Position numbers and translations under genes: made by a program. 64,000 nt of DNA, from positions 22,134,001 through 22,198,000 of the forward strand of contig NC_043001.1 in NCBI RefSeq assembly GCF_006345805.1, written 5' to 3'. Below are positions 37,637 to 50,247 of this stretch, piece by piece. The notes under the pieces are model-generated. The model did no database searches. It saw only the letters and a list, made by a program, of their open reading frames with translations, and was not told the DNA's origin. Origin of the DNA: Octopus sinensis (lineage: Eukaryota). How positions within the stretch are numbered: position 1 is the first letter of the stretch; each line of letters opens with the position of its first letter.

Positions 37637-37992
37637 TCATCATCATCATCGTTTAGCATCCACTTTCCATGCTAGCATGGGTTGGATGGTTCAACTGGGG
37701 TCTGGGAAGCCAGAAGGCTGCACCAGGCCCAGTCCAATCTGGCAGTGTTTCTACAGCTGGATGCCCTTCCTAACGCCAACCACTCCATGAGTGTAGTGGG
37801 TGCTTTTTACGTGCCACCGGCACAGGTGCCAGACAAGGCTGGCAAACGGCCACAATCGGATGGTACTTTTTATGTGCCACCGGCACGAGGCCAGTCGAGG
37901 CGGCATTGGCAACGGCCACGTTCGGATGGTTCTCCTACGTGTCACCGGCACTGGTATCTCAGCTGCAATTTCTATTGATCGATTTTGATTCA
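37637..37992 (-). mobile_element. Retroposon family B
   Basis: (cat)n end and internal units as in 10034. Confidence 0.85.
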
Positions 37993-38048
37993 GATGTGAT
38001 TGCAAAGGCATTACTGCTGCGTAATAAGTTAACTAAAAGGTATTTAAC

Positions 38049-38340
38049 AACCACATGGTTCCGGGTTCAGTCCCACTGCATGGTGGCTCCTTGGGTACCC
38101 TCCTACTGTACCCTCAAGCTAGGGCTTGGAAGATGGAAACTGAAAGAAGTCAATTGTGTGTGTGTGTCCTTGTCCCCTACAGTTGCTTGACAACTGGTGT
38201 TGGTGTGTTTACATCCAGTAACTGAATAGTTTGGCAAAAGAGACTGATAAAATAAGTACTGGCGCCAATTCATTTGACTAAAACTGAAGGTAGTGCTCCA
38301 GCAAAGCCATAGTCTATAGACTGAAACAAATAAAAAGATT
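38049..38340 (+). mobile_element. SINE family A (diverged)
   Basis: aaccacatggttccgggttcagtccc...gactgaaacaaataaaa. Confidence 0.75.
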
Positions 38341-39138
38341 GAAAATAAAAAAAACAAAAAAAAGATATTTCTTCTTTTCTATCATTTAATGATTCAAATA
38401 CATTAATTAACTTGCTTTGTGGTTAAGAAGCTCACTTTGCAACCCTGTGGTCTGGTTTCAGTCCCACGGCACAGCACCTTTGACAAGTATTTTTCACTTT
38501 AGCCCTGGGCTCTCCAATGCCTTGTGTGTGAATTTGCTAGATGGAAACTGTGTGAAAGCCAGTCACTTGTATGTATAATTGTGTGTGTGTGTGTGTGTCC
38601 CACCCCCAACTGTTTGACAGTGTAGTGCCCCGGCATAGTTACAGTTCAATGACTAAAAAAAAGTAAAAAACTTAAACCTCAATTTTCTGAGATTCCCTGT
38701 TCTAAAAGTAGATCATCATTTTACATCTGCTTTCCATGCTGGCATGAGTTAGATAGGTCCTCATTGTCTAATCAGTTGTACTATCCTCCTAGAATCCTGC
38801 TAGAGTGACTATCCTCTTGGCTGAGTGAGGGAACCATTCACATTCATGTATTTCATTTTTGGTATGGTTTCTCACACTGGATGACCTTCCTCACACCAAC
38901 AGAATGCACTTTATTATGACCTCAGTACTCGAGAAATTATCATGATTTTGTCAAGACCAAAGGCTTGGTATAACTGGTGTAGGATAGGTGCACAGGAGTG
39001 TTGGTGATGGGCAGTAAATAAAAGACCACCACACACACACACACATACAGACAATGAGAAAGAACCAGAGGCAGAGGAGAAGAAGAAGTAAATGACAGTA
39101 GTTATCCATGTTTACCAGGCCATTCTACAAAGTATATT

Positions 39139-39328
39139 CTATTCTACTCAAGGCGCAAGGCCCGAAATTTTTGGGTAGGGGGCCAGTAGATTACATCGAC
39201 CCCAGAACAGAACTGGTACTTAATTTATCGACCCTGAAAGGACGAAAGGCAAAGTCGACCTCAGCGGAATTTGAACTCAGAACGTAATGACAGACGAAAT
39301 ACCGCTTGGCTGCCAGTTCACCGCCTTT
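39139..39328 (-). mobile_element. SINE family C
   Basis: Minus strand aaggcggtgaactggcag...ttctgagttcaaattccgc...gtcgactttgcctttc. Confidence 0.85.
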
Positions 39329-39542
39329 CATTACTGTATTTATTTTGAGATGCTCTGTGTTTCTTTCAATTATTTTAAATATAACAAATAATTTAGTAAA
39401 ATAACTTGGTTATTATTAAGCTAGTGCTAGGAATGTAAATTGTGACTAAGGCTTGGTGGAAGATATTAATACAAAACTTATGAAAACAAGACATTTAACC
39501 ACAGAGCCAAAGCCAGTTTTGGCCAGGTTGGTAACAAAAGGG
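39326..39542 (+). mobile_element. piggyBac-type MITE family 1 with clipped left TIR
   Basis: cctttcattactgtatttattttgag...gtaacaaaaggg|TTAA. Confidence 0.85.
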
Positions 39543-39546
39543 TTAA

Positions 39547-39765
39547 CCCTTTAGTATTTAAACCGGCCATATCCGGCCAAAATAGTTAATCTGTTTTATG
39601 TTCAAACTGACCAGATCCAGGCTCTCGCACCTACCCTACAATGTTATTCTACATTAAGTAATTACACCATCAAGATCTTGAAGATATGAGATAATGCATG
39701 ATTAATTCAAATCAATGGGAATCAATAAGCATTATGTTTGATAGAATAATATGAACACTAAAGGG
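39547..39765. mobile_element. piggyBac-type MITE family 2 (complete)
   Basis: TTAA|ccctttagtattta...tgaacactaaaggg|TTAA; decayed relatives at ~29510-29715, 57930-58460, 61400-61605. Confidence 0.85.
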
Positions 39766-40712
39766 TTAAAGGCCATTCTACAAAGTATATTGTATTTGCT
39801 TTAGCACAGCACTGATACCAGAGACATTGTGTATGACACTAAAGTGTTTTTAACAACTCTACTTTGTCTCCATTTGTTCAAGACAATGTTACCAAGAAAG
39901 TGAATAGAAGGCAGGACAATGAAAGAAGAAAAACCAGGATGAGAGGATGAAGGAAGCAAGACTGATGGGAGAAATGATGTGATTGGAGTAAGAAGATGGT
40001 AGAGGAGAGAGGAGAGACACAGTAATGACAGAGTGAAGAAACAGTAATGGCAGGAAGTTATAAGAGACACAGTGACGGTAGCTACATGTTTGCTGGTATT
40101 AGAACTTTGTATTAAGAATGTTCTTCTATTGTAAAGCATTGGATTTCTTGTCTAAAGAAACAAATTTTATCAACTAGAATTAAATCTATTAATAGCATAC
40201 ATTAATTGAAAGATGAATTAGCGACCAAGAGTGTTGATGCTTCCATTGAGAGAATAATGGACAATTAGCAGAGTGATTGGTAGTTTGTATCAAAATACTT
40301 CCTCATTCCCTTCTCGTACACCACAGCTATGGCTTCTCTTGTGCCATTTCAACTAAAACTCTGATATCCTTTACAACTTCAGCAAAAGCAATGTTAATTC
40401 TCCAGACATAGCAAAATGCCTGGCTAAGTCAGGCACAAGAGCTCCAAGTAAAGTCGACTATGGGTTACTTCCAGCTGATTAGCAAAGATTCACTGAGTAA
40501 TATAAATATCACTATCTTTGCCAAGAATAACAGCTAAATTCTCCCGAAAATCATCCCCTATAATCTTGGATTATGACTAATGTGGTCCAAGATTCTCTGC
40601 ACATAAAAAATAGATGGAATAGTCATGGTTGGAGTATTTTTGATCATAGGTCTGCTTAACCATGATTGACCAACCTCATATAACACACAGTTTCTTCAAC
40701 TACTTCTCTAAT

Positions 40713-41095
40713 AGGCACAGGAGTGGCTGTGTGGTAAGTAGCTTGCTTACCAACCACATGGTTCTGAGTTCAGTCCCACTGCATGGCACCTTGGGCAAGT
40801 ATCTTCTACTATAGCCTTGGGCCGACCAAAGCCTTGTGAGTGGATTTGGTAGATGGAAACTGAAAGAAGCCCGTCGCTTATATATATGTGTGTGTGTGTG
40901 TGTCTGTGTTTGTCCCCCAACATCACTTGACAACCGATGCTAGTGTGTATACGTCCCTGTCACTTAGTGGTTCGGCAAGAGAGACCGATAGAATAAGTAC
41001 TGGGCTTACAAAGAATAAGTCCTGGAGTCGATTTGCTCGACTAAAGGCAGTGTTCCAGCATGACCACAGTCAAATGACTGAAACAAATAAAAGAA
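40713..41095 (+). mobile_element. SINE family A (full length)
   Basis: Matches family A consensus. Confidence 0.9.
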
Positions 41096-41199
41096 TAATA
41101 TCTCTCATACATCTGACTAGCTTAACAACCTCTGCCAAAGTACACCTGATGTACCCAACTGTCCTCTAATCAACCCTATCCATTGTACTTCAATCGAGA

Positions 41200-41480
41200 A
41201 GGTGCATGACATAGTGGTTAGCTTATTCAGCTCACAATCATAAGGTCATGAGTTTGATACCTAGCAGTGTGTTGTGTCCTTGAGCAAGACACTTTATTTC
41301 AGGTTGCTCCAGTCCACTTCCATTTGGCTGGCAAAAATGAGTTGTACCTGTATTTCAAAGGGCCAGCCTTGTTGCATGACTGAAGTACTCAGCCACTTGC
41401 ATGTTAATTTCATGAGCAGGCTGTCCAGTTGATCAGATCAGCTGGAACACACTTTGTCATAACCGATGGAGAGCCAGTTA
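41200..41480 (+). mobile_element. tRNA-derived SINE, family D-related
   Basis: tRNA-like head, ccttgagcaagacacttta, and tgtacctgtatttcaaagggccagccttgt shared (reversed) with ~970-1080. Confidence 0.7.
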
Positions 41481-41675
41481 CTCGAATCCTTACACTAAAT
41501 ACTTTGATCCATTCCTTAATCCCAGGAATATATCACATTTAAACTACTACTTTGAGCCTGCAACCTACAAAAGTCAACGTCACTGATTTATGTATTTGTC
41601 CAAAACCCATCATTCAAATCGTCAAGTCTACCTAGCTGTAATTACATGCTATATAGTAAGAACAATACAATAGGC

Positions 41676-41876
41676 CAGTGCTTTTCAACCTTTTTGCTGG
41701 AGCGGAACCCCAAGAAAACATTTCACTGGCTCGAGGAACCCCTGTGCAATAATTTAATTGTCGTATGCACACATATCTGCACAGGAGAATTAAAAATTAC
41801 TGTCAATTTTAGCATTTTTGCAACTTCTTGCGGAACCCCTGGACTGTACTGGCGGAACCCTGGTTGAAAACCACTG
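41676..41876. mobile_element. hAT-superfamily MITE
   Basis: TIRs cagtgcttttcaacc / ggttgaaaaccactg with perfect 8-bp TSD caataggc; internal ggaacccc subterminal repeats. Confidence 0.93.
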
Positions 41877-42474
41877 CAATAGGCAGTAACCATACAGTAA
41901 AACTTTGTAGAAAAGGTGCTAGTTGAAAACATTGACCCCAGTGCCCAGCTGGTACTTATTTTATCACCCTCAAAAGAATGAGAGGCAGTTGATCATGGTA
42001 GAATTTGAACTTATAATATAAAGCCAAAGAAAATAACCTCTAAACATTTTGTCAGCTGTGCCAAGAATCCTGCTAGCTTGCTGCCTTGTATAAAACCACT
42101 GCACTGAATTAAACAGATCCTGTGTCGACAGATGGGCTCCACCTACATGCAAAGTATTCAGGTGGTAGCGTTATGGTCCAGTTAGTTATGAAACTCAGTA
42201 AATGTCACTTAAAATTCATATGTAAAGAATAGACTATACTTAACTGTTTGTTATTACAGAAGTATTAATAGACTACTTTATCAGAAAGGTCAATGACATC
42301 CACCAATTTCCTAAAGATGTGCCACATTAATAAGGTTCTCAATTTATTATAACCTATTCTTTATTTATCTTTCTCTTTTACTTGTTCTAGTCATTGGACT
42401 ACGGCCATGCTGCAGCATCACCTCGAAGGGTTTAGTCAAACTAATCAACAGTAGTACTAATTTTTCAAATGTGG

Positions 42475-42791
42475 TACTTAATCTATTTGTCTCTTTTGCC
42501 GAACTGCTAAGTTATGGGGATGTAAACAAACCAATACTAATTGACAAGTGGTAGTGATGGTAACACAAACACACACATATATAAATGTGTAGGATTTCTT
42601 TCAGTTTGCATCAACCAAATCCACTCACAAGATTTTGGTCAGCCTGAGGCTATAGCAGACACTTCTCTACAGTGCCATACTGTGGGACTTAGCCTGAAAC
42701 CATGTGGCAGGGGAGCAAGCTTCTTACCATACAGCCATGCTAACCAAAACCCTTTGAAGAATTTGGTAGATGGAAACTGAAAGAATCCTGT

Positions 42792-42886
<95 letters not shown>

Positions 42887-43750
42887 ATCCAAACATGAAA
42901 ACACAAAGAGAAAACACAACGCGAGGACGTGAAGCAAATATAGTATTATTGGATGCTCAGTAAGGAAGGGAAGAAGGAGGGTTTAACGTTTTGAGTGGAG
43001 CTCGTCATCAGAAACACAAGAAAAGGAAAGATCCAGAGAAGGGAAGACGGGGGGGGGGGGAAACAGTACACAGTCACATTTTTAAAATCTTAGGGCAACA
43101 AAAAATTTTTAGAAAAATCCTTTGCTACCAGTGGTCTAGTGAGAAGAAAACTAATCAATAGACTATATATTATTCATATAAACACATGAGATGGCCATAA
43201 CAGGACATCTGACTCGCTAGAAAGAGTAGTTAAACTCTTAGTGGTTTGTAGTTTAACTACTCTTTCTAGCGAGTCAGATGTCCTGTTATAGCCATCTCGT
43301 GTTTATATATATGTATGTATGTATGTGTGTGTGTGTTTGAGTATTTGTCTCCCAACCACTGTTTGACAACTGGTGTTGGTTTGTTTACAACTTGGTGCTT
43401 CAGCAAAAGACACTGATTGAATACCAGGCTTAAAAAATAAATACGGAGGGTGATTTGTTTCACTAAAACCTTCAAGAGCCTGCCCCAGCATGGTCACAGT
43501 CCATTGACTGAAACAAGTAAAAAAGATATATATCTCAATCCTTTTTATTTTGTTAGTGATTTCAGATAATGAAATATTATTTATCATGATAAATACATAG
43601 GACAGCAGTTGTACTACACTGCTTGCTGCTGCCTTCTCATGGAGAAAGCAATTAGTTTTTATTGGCCAATTGTATTCTCTGTTCTACTAACTTGCTGATT
43701 AATTGCTCATAGTTAAGAAAAATTCTGTGGTTTGGTTTTCATTGAAATAA
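42475..43750 (-). repeat. Right arm of long-range inverted duplication (with a later ~250-bp insertion)
   Basis: Reverse complement of 23856-24890. Confidence 0.95.
42882..43080 (-). mobile_element. Penelope-like fragment with a mutated hammerhead motif
   Basis: Minus strand guuu-CUGAUGA-c-gag-cucca-cuc-aAAACGUU-aaac (42981-43015); related sequence in opposite orientation at ~60320-60420. Confidence 0.6.
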
Positions 43751-44097
43751 GCAAAGCAAGCTTCTTAACCATAAATTCTCGGAGATGAAATCTCAGCTTT
43801 TAAGATTTTAAAAGCCTTTAACTTAAAAATTAGCAAGAAATATTTCAACCCCAAATTTGAATCAAAGGGGAAAATATTTCATAAATGTTGATGGTTTTGA
43901 AACAGCATTCTAGTTCATGCAGATAATACAGATAGACGATATCTTAAAGAAACAACATTACATTACTAATTCTCTTACTCATATGAAACACACACAGTTC
44001 ATCTTATCACACTTCCTTCATATGCTTGGTAATGTAAATACACACATCACCAACAAAAGCACCAAGTTTTTCTTTATTTGGATAAAGTATACAAAAA

Positions 44098-44300
44098 TTG
44101 GTTTCAAATTTTGGCATAAGGCCAGTAAGTTCAGGAGATGGGGTAAGTCAATTATATCAACCTGGTACTTATTTAATCAACCCCGAAAGGATGAAAGGCA
44201 AAGTCAACCTCAGCGGAATTTGAACTCAGAACATACGGGCAAATGAAATACCACAAAGCATTTCGCCCGGCATGCTAACATTTCCGCCAGTTTGCAGCCT
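44098..44300 (-). mobile_element. SINE family C
   Basis: ccccgaaaggatgaaaggcaaagtcaacctcagcggaatttgaactcag. Confidence 0.82.
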
Positions 44301-44419
44301 AACATTTTCTGTTCTAAACCTATAACCAAGATGCACATTTACTTTGTTTCTAAAGGGACTTTGCTCTAAGTCCACAGGTTCTCCAAGACAAGATCAATAT
44401 GGTTAAAATTCCTTGCAAC

Positions 44420-44671
44420 CTCATGGCCCTGGGTTCAGTCCCACTGTGTGGCACCTTGGGCAAGTGTCTTCTACTATAGCCTCGGGCCGACCAGAGCCTT
44501 GTGAGCGGATTTCGTAGACGGAAACTGAAAGAAGCCCATCGTATATATTTATATATATATATATATGTATGTTTGTGTGTCTGTGTTTGTTCCCCCAACA
44601 TCGCTTGACAAAGAATAAGTCCTGGGGTCGATTTGCTCAGTTAAAGGCAGTGCTCCAGCATGGCCACAGTC
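44420..44671 (+). mobile_element. SINE family A with internal deletion
   Basis: cttgacaa joined directly to agaataagtcctgggg. Confidence 0.82.
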
Positions 44672-45195
44672 GTAAACAATTTCAGGGAAGGGAAAGGCAT
44701 CTGCAGAAAGGAAGTTCCAAAAGGATATCATTCTGAGGAAAAAGTATTGGTTAGTGTGAGGCTGGGGAAGTGGGGGGTGGGGGTGGCAAGGCAACACAAT
44801 ATAGATGAGGAGTGAACTGAGAGTGCTTGAGGTTACCAACTGTGAAAGACATAGGTCACTGTAGTAGTAGTAGTAATAATAGTGGAGGTAGAAAAAAAAT
44901 GACAGACAAATAAGACAGGCTGTCATTGGACCAGCAGCTGGAGTAGCACTGGTAACCAGGGAAGTGGCCTTTGTTTGACATTTGTCTAGGATGAGTGTGT
45001 GTGTGTGTATAGAAGGATTGTCTCAAATGTGGGGTGCAATACTCCAGTATAGGTTTCACCTGAGCTTTGTACAAAATTAATAGTTGCTAGGAGCTGAAGT
45101 ATTGTTCTGGCCCTCAAAAGAAAGGTCAGTGTTAGCAGGGGCAGACTTTGCTATCTTGGGAAGGCTTGTGCAGAATGCTTGTTCACTAGAAACAA
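44672..45195 (-). mobile_element. Decayed CR1/Jockey-group LINE 3' end
   Basis: Minus-strand remnants LLILYKAQVKPILEYCTPHL and FFLRMISFWNFLSADAFP are typical of the post-RT C-terminal region. Confidence 0.7.
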
Positions 45196-45246
45196 AGTTT
45201 TCACACATACAAACTATTGTTACCCTCACTATCTCTTATACAATAT

Positions 45247-45580
45247 AGGAGTGGCTGTGTGGTAAGTAGCTTGCTTACCAACCACATGGTTCCAGGTTCA
45301 GTCCCACTGCATGGCACCTTGAGAGTGAATTTGGTAGATGGAAACTGAAAGAAGCCCATCGTGTATATGTACATGTGTGTGTGTGTACGTTTGTCCTCCC
45401 CAACATCGCTTGACAACTAATGTTGGTGTGTTTACGTCCCCGTAACTTAGCGGTTCGGCAAAAAAGACTGTTAGAATAAGTACTAGGCTTACAAAGAATA
45501 AGTCCTGGGGTCGATTTGCTTGACTAAAGGCGGTGCTCCAGCATGGCCACAGTAAAATGACAAACAAGTAAAAGAGTAAA
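45247..45580 (+). mobile_element. SINE family A
   Basis: Matches consensus, with a deletion after ggcaccttg. Confidence 0.87.
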
Positions 45581-45757
45581 TATTTAACACTATTCCAACA
45601 CTCCAAAACTATTTCTCTGTAACTGTGTGTGTGTAGTTTAAATATTAAAGTCCTTGAATTTTAAATCAAAACTGAGTTAAAAAAAAAATTTACAACAGCT
45701 TTGTAGAGTAGATATTCCGATGAGTGAGACAGGACATATACAAAAATGACATATTAA

Positions 45758-46201
45758 CCCTTTCGTTACCAACCCGGCTGAAACCGGCCCTGGTTCTGAA
45801 TACAAATGCCTTGTTTTCATAAGTTTTGAATTAAAATTGTCCATCAAACCTTAGTCACAATTTATGTTCCTAACACTAGCTCAATGATAACTAAGTTATT
45901 TTACTAAATTCTTTGTTATATTTAAAGTAATTGAAAGAAACACAGAGCATCTCAAAATAAATACGGTAACGAAAGGGTTAACCCTTTTGTTCTATTTCTG
46001 TTGAGATGCTCTGTGTTTCTTTTAATTAATTTTAGATATAACAAAGAATTTATTAAAATAACTTAGTTATTATTAAGCTAGTGTTAGGCACATACATTGT
46101 GACTAAGGCTTCACAAAAGATTTTTAATTCAGAACTTTTGAAGACAAGACATTTATACTACAGAGCCAGAGGTGGTTTCAGCCAGCTTGGTATTGAAAGT
46201 G
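45758..46201. mobile_element. Two MITE family 1 copies in inverted orientation sharing one TTAA
   Basis: TTAA|ccc(45758)...ggg(45977)|TTAA|ccc(45982)...gtg(46201)|TTAA. Confidence 0.88.
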
Positions 46202-48719
46202 TTAAGGTGATAGTGTGGGTGAGATTTTGTTTAGTGATGGTTCATGGAAGAAAAATAATAAGAAAAGATTTATATGAATTAGAATGACACCAATAGGTTG
46301 AAAAGGAGAGTATGGATTACAGTAGGTAGATTAAAAGGAACAAAAAAGACAAGATTTGCTTTATAAAAACCAGTAACTACTAGAGAGATTTTGGTAGATC
46401 TTATTTCAAAAATGCTAAATATGATCACAAATCTAAACTGGAAAAAAAAAGTTCTTTTATAAAAGTGAAACAGTAAAAGATATTTTCTTCTTACTCAAGA
46501 ACCAAACTTATTTAATTAATTCTCATTACAGATATTAATTCTAAACATTTTCTGCTCTAACATTCCTGAACAAGAGAATTATATCAATGACGTCTAAAGA
46601 TTAATTTTCTGTTTTTTGGGGGTTTTTTTTTCATAGAGATAAAATTATCTGGTTTTGAATTTAAATTTAAAATAAGAGTGAAATTGGAATAAATCTATTG
46701 AAATTAATAATGAGTAGAAAATAATCTATGAAAAAGATAATTATAAGAAGAGAAATTAAAAAAGGTTTAAAAGGGAGAGTAACAACAGAAGCAGAGAGAG
46801 TGCAATGCAGTTGTATGATTGGGTGAGAGAAGTGGGGAGCAGGAAAGACGAGCCAGGGGATAAAAAGAATTATATGAAGATACAAAACAATGAAATCATG
46901 AAATGGAGTAATGTTGAAAAATGTTGTATAAATACAAAGGGAACACAAGAGACAAGGGTTGGGGGCAGAATAGAGAGATTATTTTTAGAGTACATGTAAC
47001 TATTTATTAAAAAGTATAAAGCCTGAGGATACCCTAAAATAAAAGAGAAATATATAAGAACTATTTTTGTTATACAATTCCCCTACATTATTACATAGTG
47101 TTCCTCTTAATTCAGGTTTTTTTTTTTTTTTTGCTTTCTTCTGACACCGTTTCTTAACTGTCAAGTGTCCTCCCAACTGAAGTTTTCCCATGTATGACAA
47201 AATGCCTTGTGTAATCAACTATACCTAAATCTCTAACTCCTCCCGTGAGCTGTTTCCTCAACAAAATTATACAAATATGCAGTGTAGAAAAGAAAGTAGA
47301 TTCACAGAAATTCCATATTATTCAACGCAGTCACTATTAATTCTAAGTATTTACTGCTTCATTATAGTTCTACCGCCAACGCCAACGCTATATAATGGCA
47401 TCAAATAACAGAAAACCAACAAGATATGAATTTCTTTAAATACAACAATTGATTCTGGCGGAGAAAGGGGGAAAAAAAAAGAAAATCTATCAGAAATTAG
47501 CTTTTCCAAGTATTTCCATTTCTAGGTTAAAATTACAAGAGGTTTGTTGAAGAGAGCAACTTGAAGCTGAGTCATAATCAATACCAGCAGGCAACTTGCA
47601 TGGTTCCACGGCTACATGCAACTAACAAGGTTTGGCATTACGAATAGATTAGCCACAAAATACTGCAAAAATTTCTCGTTTCTTTCTCTGAAAAGGTTTA
47701 TTATTTTGATAAGAATGGGAACGAAATAAATAGACTTCAACAACAAGAAAGAAATAAACTGAAATTAACGACATCTTCTTAATTAATCTTTCACTAAAAT
47801 ATCATTTATTTTAGTGAATTCCTGCATACGATTATAATCTAATCTAATGAGTTACAAATAACAATAATTACAGGGTTATTATTTGACATTTATTTTCAGA
47901 ACAGACAAAACAATATTAAATTTAATGACAAATTAAAGAGATTAAAGTTTTTATTCAAATTAATCCTAATTAAATTTCTTTCCTCAGGATATAAATTACA
48001 AGAATTTGTTTCTTTTTAAAAAGGACTAGAAATGTTTATAAACAGCAGAAACACTCATGGAATAAAAGAATGGATTCTTAACACTGACTGGTATCCAATT
48101 AAACTATGGACAGTAGCTAAGTTTTCAGCTCTAAACTCAAGTATATTAGGGGGGTAACCTGACCCCCCCCCCCCATCTCCAACTCTGTACACTGAATTGG
48201 ACAAGGAAAGATATGTACAAGAAGAATGGGAAAGTTAGAATGCCAGCAATAAATTTTGAAGGTTAAAGAATAGTTTGAAAAATGAAAACTTAAACTAACA
48301 ACATTAACTTAGACATTCTCAGAACTAATGGGGACCCAAATAAAATTGCCAAAACTTCAATTTACATTACACCATGACACAAGAGGACAGTAATTTAATT
48401 TAATGCTTTATTCTATAATATGATTAATTGTAGACAGGTAAGCTTCAATAAGTAGGTGTGGGTGTAATGCCAGCTCGTTAATTTAAGTAATAATGAACAT
48501 GTATTATGCAGTTACAAATTTTAAAATTCCAACTTTCTTGATGCTAAGCTAAATTTTGTAGAGAGAGATAGACAGAAAACAAGAGGGGACAGGATGGATA
48601 AATAGAAAGAGAGGATGAGGGAGAGGGGGAGAAGAGGGAGGAAGAGAGGGCAAAAGCTAGGAGAGGAGGGGTGAAAGAGAAAGGGTGGGGGAGGGATGAT
48701 GAGAGAAGAGGAGGGTGAA

Positions 48720-49070
48720 CGAGAGAGAGAGGGAGGGTGAAAGAGAGAGAGAGGGAGCGTGAAAGAGAGAGCGAGAGAGCATGAAAGAGAGAGAGAGGGA
48801 GCATGAAAGAAAAAGAGAGGGAGCATGAAAGAGAGAGAGAGAGAGCATGAAGAGAGAGAGAGGGAGCGTGAAAGAGAGAGCGAGAGAGCATGAAAGAGAG
48901 AGAGAGGGAGCATGAAAGAAAAAGAGAGGGAGCATGAAAGAGAGAGAGAGAGAGCATGAAAGAGAGAGAGAGGGAGCATGAAAGAACGAGAGAGAGGGAG
49001 CATGAAAGAGAGAGAGGGAGGATGAAAGAGAGAGTGAGGATGAAAGAGAGAGGGAGGGTGAAAGAGAGAG
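48720..49070. repeat. Purine-rich minisatellite (~18-22 bp unit)
   Basis: Repeats of gagggagcatgaaagagaga. Confidence 0.92.
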
Positions 49071-49310
49071 ACCTATAAAGATGTCAGGAAAATAGAAAAA
49101 GCAGCATTTGAAAAATATACTAAATTTTCATATACACTATGTGAAAAAATTAAGTGGCTTCAAGAACCCCAAGATGCTCTTATGACAGAGCTTATCTCTA
49201 ATTTCATAGCATTAAGTGGAGACAGAACTCTCAAGAATCCCAAATAATCTGGTACCGAGAGTTGATTTTAAAGTCACCAATAAAATAAAGTGACTATCAA
49301 GTGTAATATC

Positions 49311-49723
49311 AGGGTGGCGAGCTGGCAGAAACGTTAGCACACCGGGTGAAATGCTTAGCGGTAATTCGTCTGCCGCTACATTCTGAGTTCAAATTCTGCC
49401 GCGGTCGACTTTGCCTTTCATTCTTTTGGGGTTGATTAAAATAAGTACCAGTTACGCACTGGGGTCGATATAATCGACTTATTCTGTTTGTCCTTGTTTA
49501 TCCCCTCTATGTGTAGCTCCTTGTGGGCAGTAAAGAAATAGGTATTTTGTCTGCCGCTACATTCTGAGTTCAAATTCTGCCGAGGTCGACTTTGCCTTTC
49601 ATTCTTTCGGTGTCGATAAATTAAGTACCAGTTACGCACTGGGGTCGATGTAATCAACTTAATTCCTTTGTCTGTCCTTGTTTGTCCCCTCCGTGTTTAG
49701 CCCCTTGTGGGCAATAAAGAAAT
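49311..49723 (+). mobile_element. SINE family C, tandem dimer
   Basis: Head gggtggcgagctggcagaaacgttagc; second unit restarts at ggtattttgtctgccgc; flanked by direct repeat aagtgtaata (49299-49308, 49724-49733). Confidence 0.88.
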
Positions 49724-50247
49724 AAGTGTAATACTCAAATAGTTAATGAAATCTATGGAATGGATTTTAACTTAACATTACTTCTCTCTTACAAAGAGAA
49801 TTTCCTATGGTTAGGAAAGCAAAGAACACACTTTTTTTCTTGGAATTTTTCATTTATATCTGCATTACCAACAATTGAAACTTGATCAAAGGCTTACATT
49901 TCTCAGCTAAAGGAGTTACTGCAGCCGATTTTCAATAGAATTTTTTTTTTTTATGTGTTTATTTATTTATTGGTCTAAAAGAAGGAACTCCAAGATCAGT
50001 GAGATTAATGTTATCCCAAATAGTTGAAAAATCTGAACAAGCAAGGAATTAAAGAAGACCAGCATTCTTTGTGGTTTGTATGAAATACGAAACTGGGGGC
50101 CGGGTGGGACAATATGGAAGAGTGATGTCAGTAAAGAATGCTTGATTGGAGGAGGTATGCAACCAGCTAGCTTTGAAGAGCAAAGGTTGCTGTGACTTTA
50201 GTAAAAAAGACAAAGAAAGGAGGTAGTATTATTTCCTTAGACACTAA

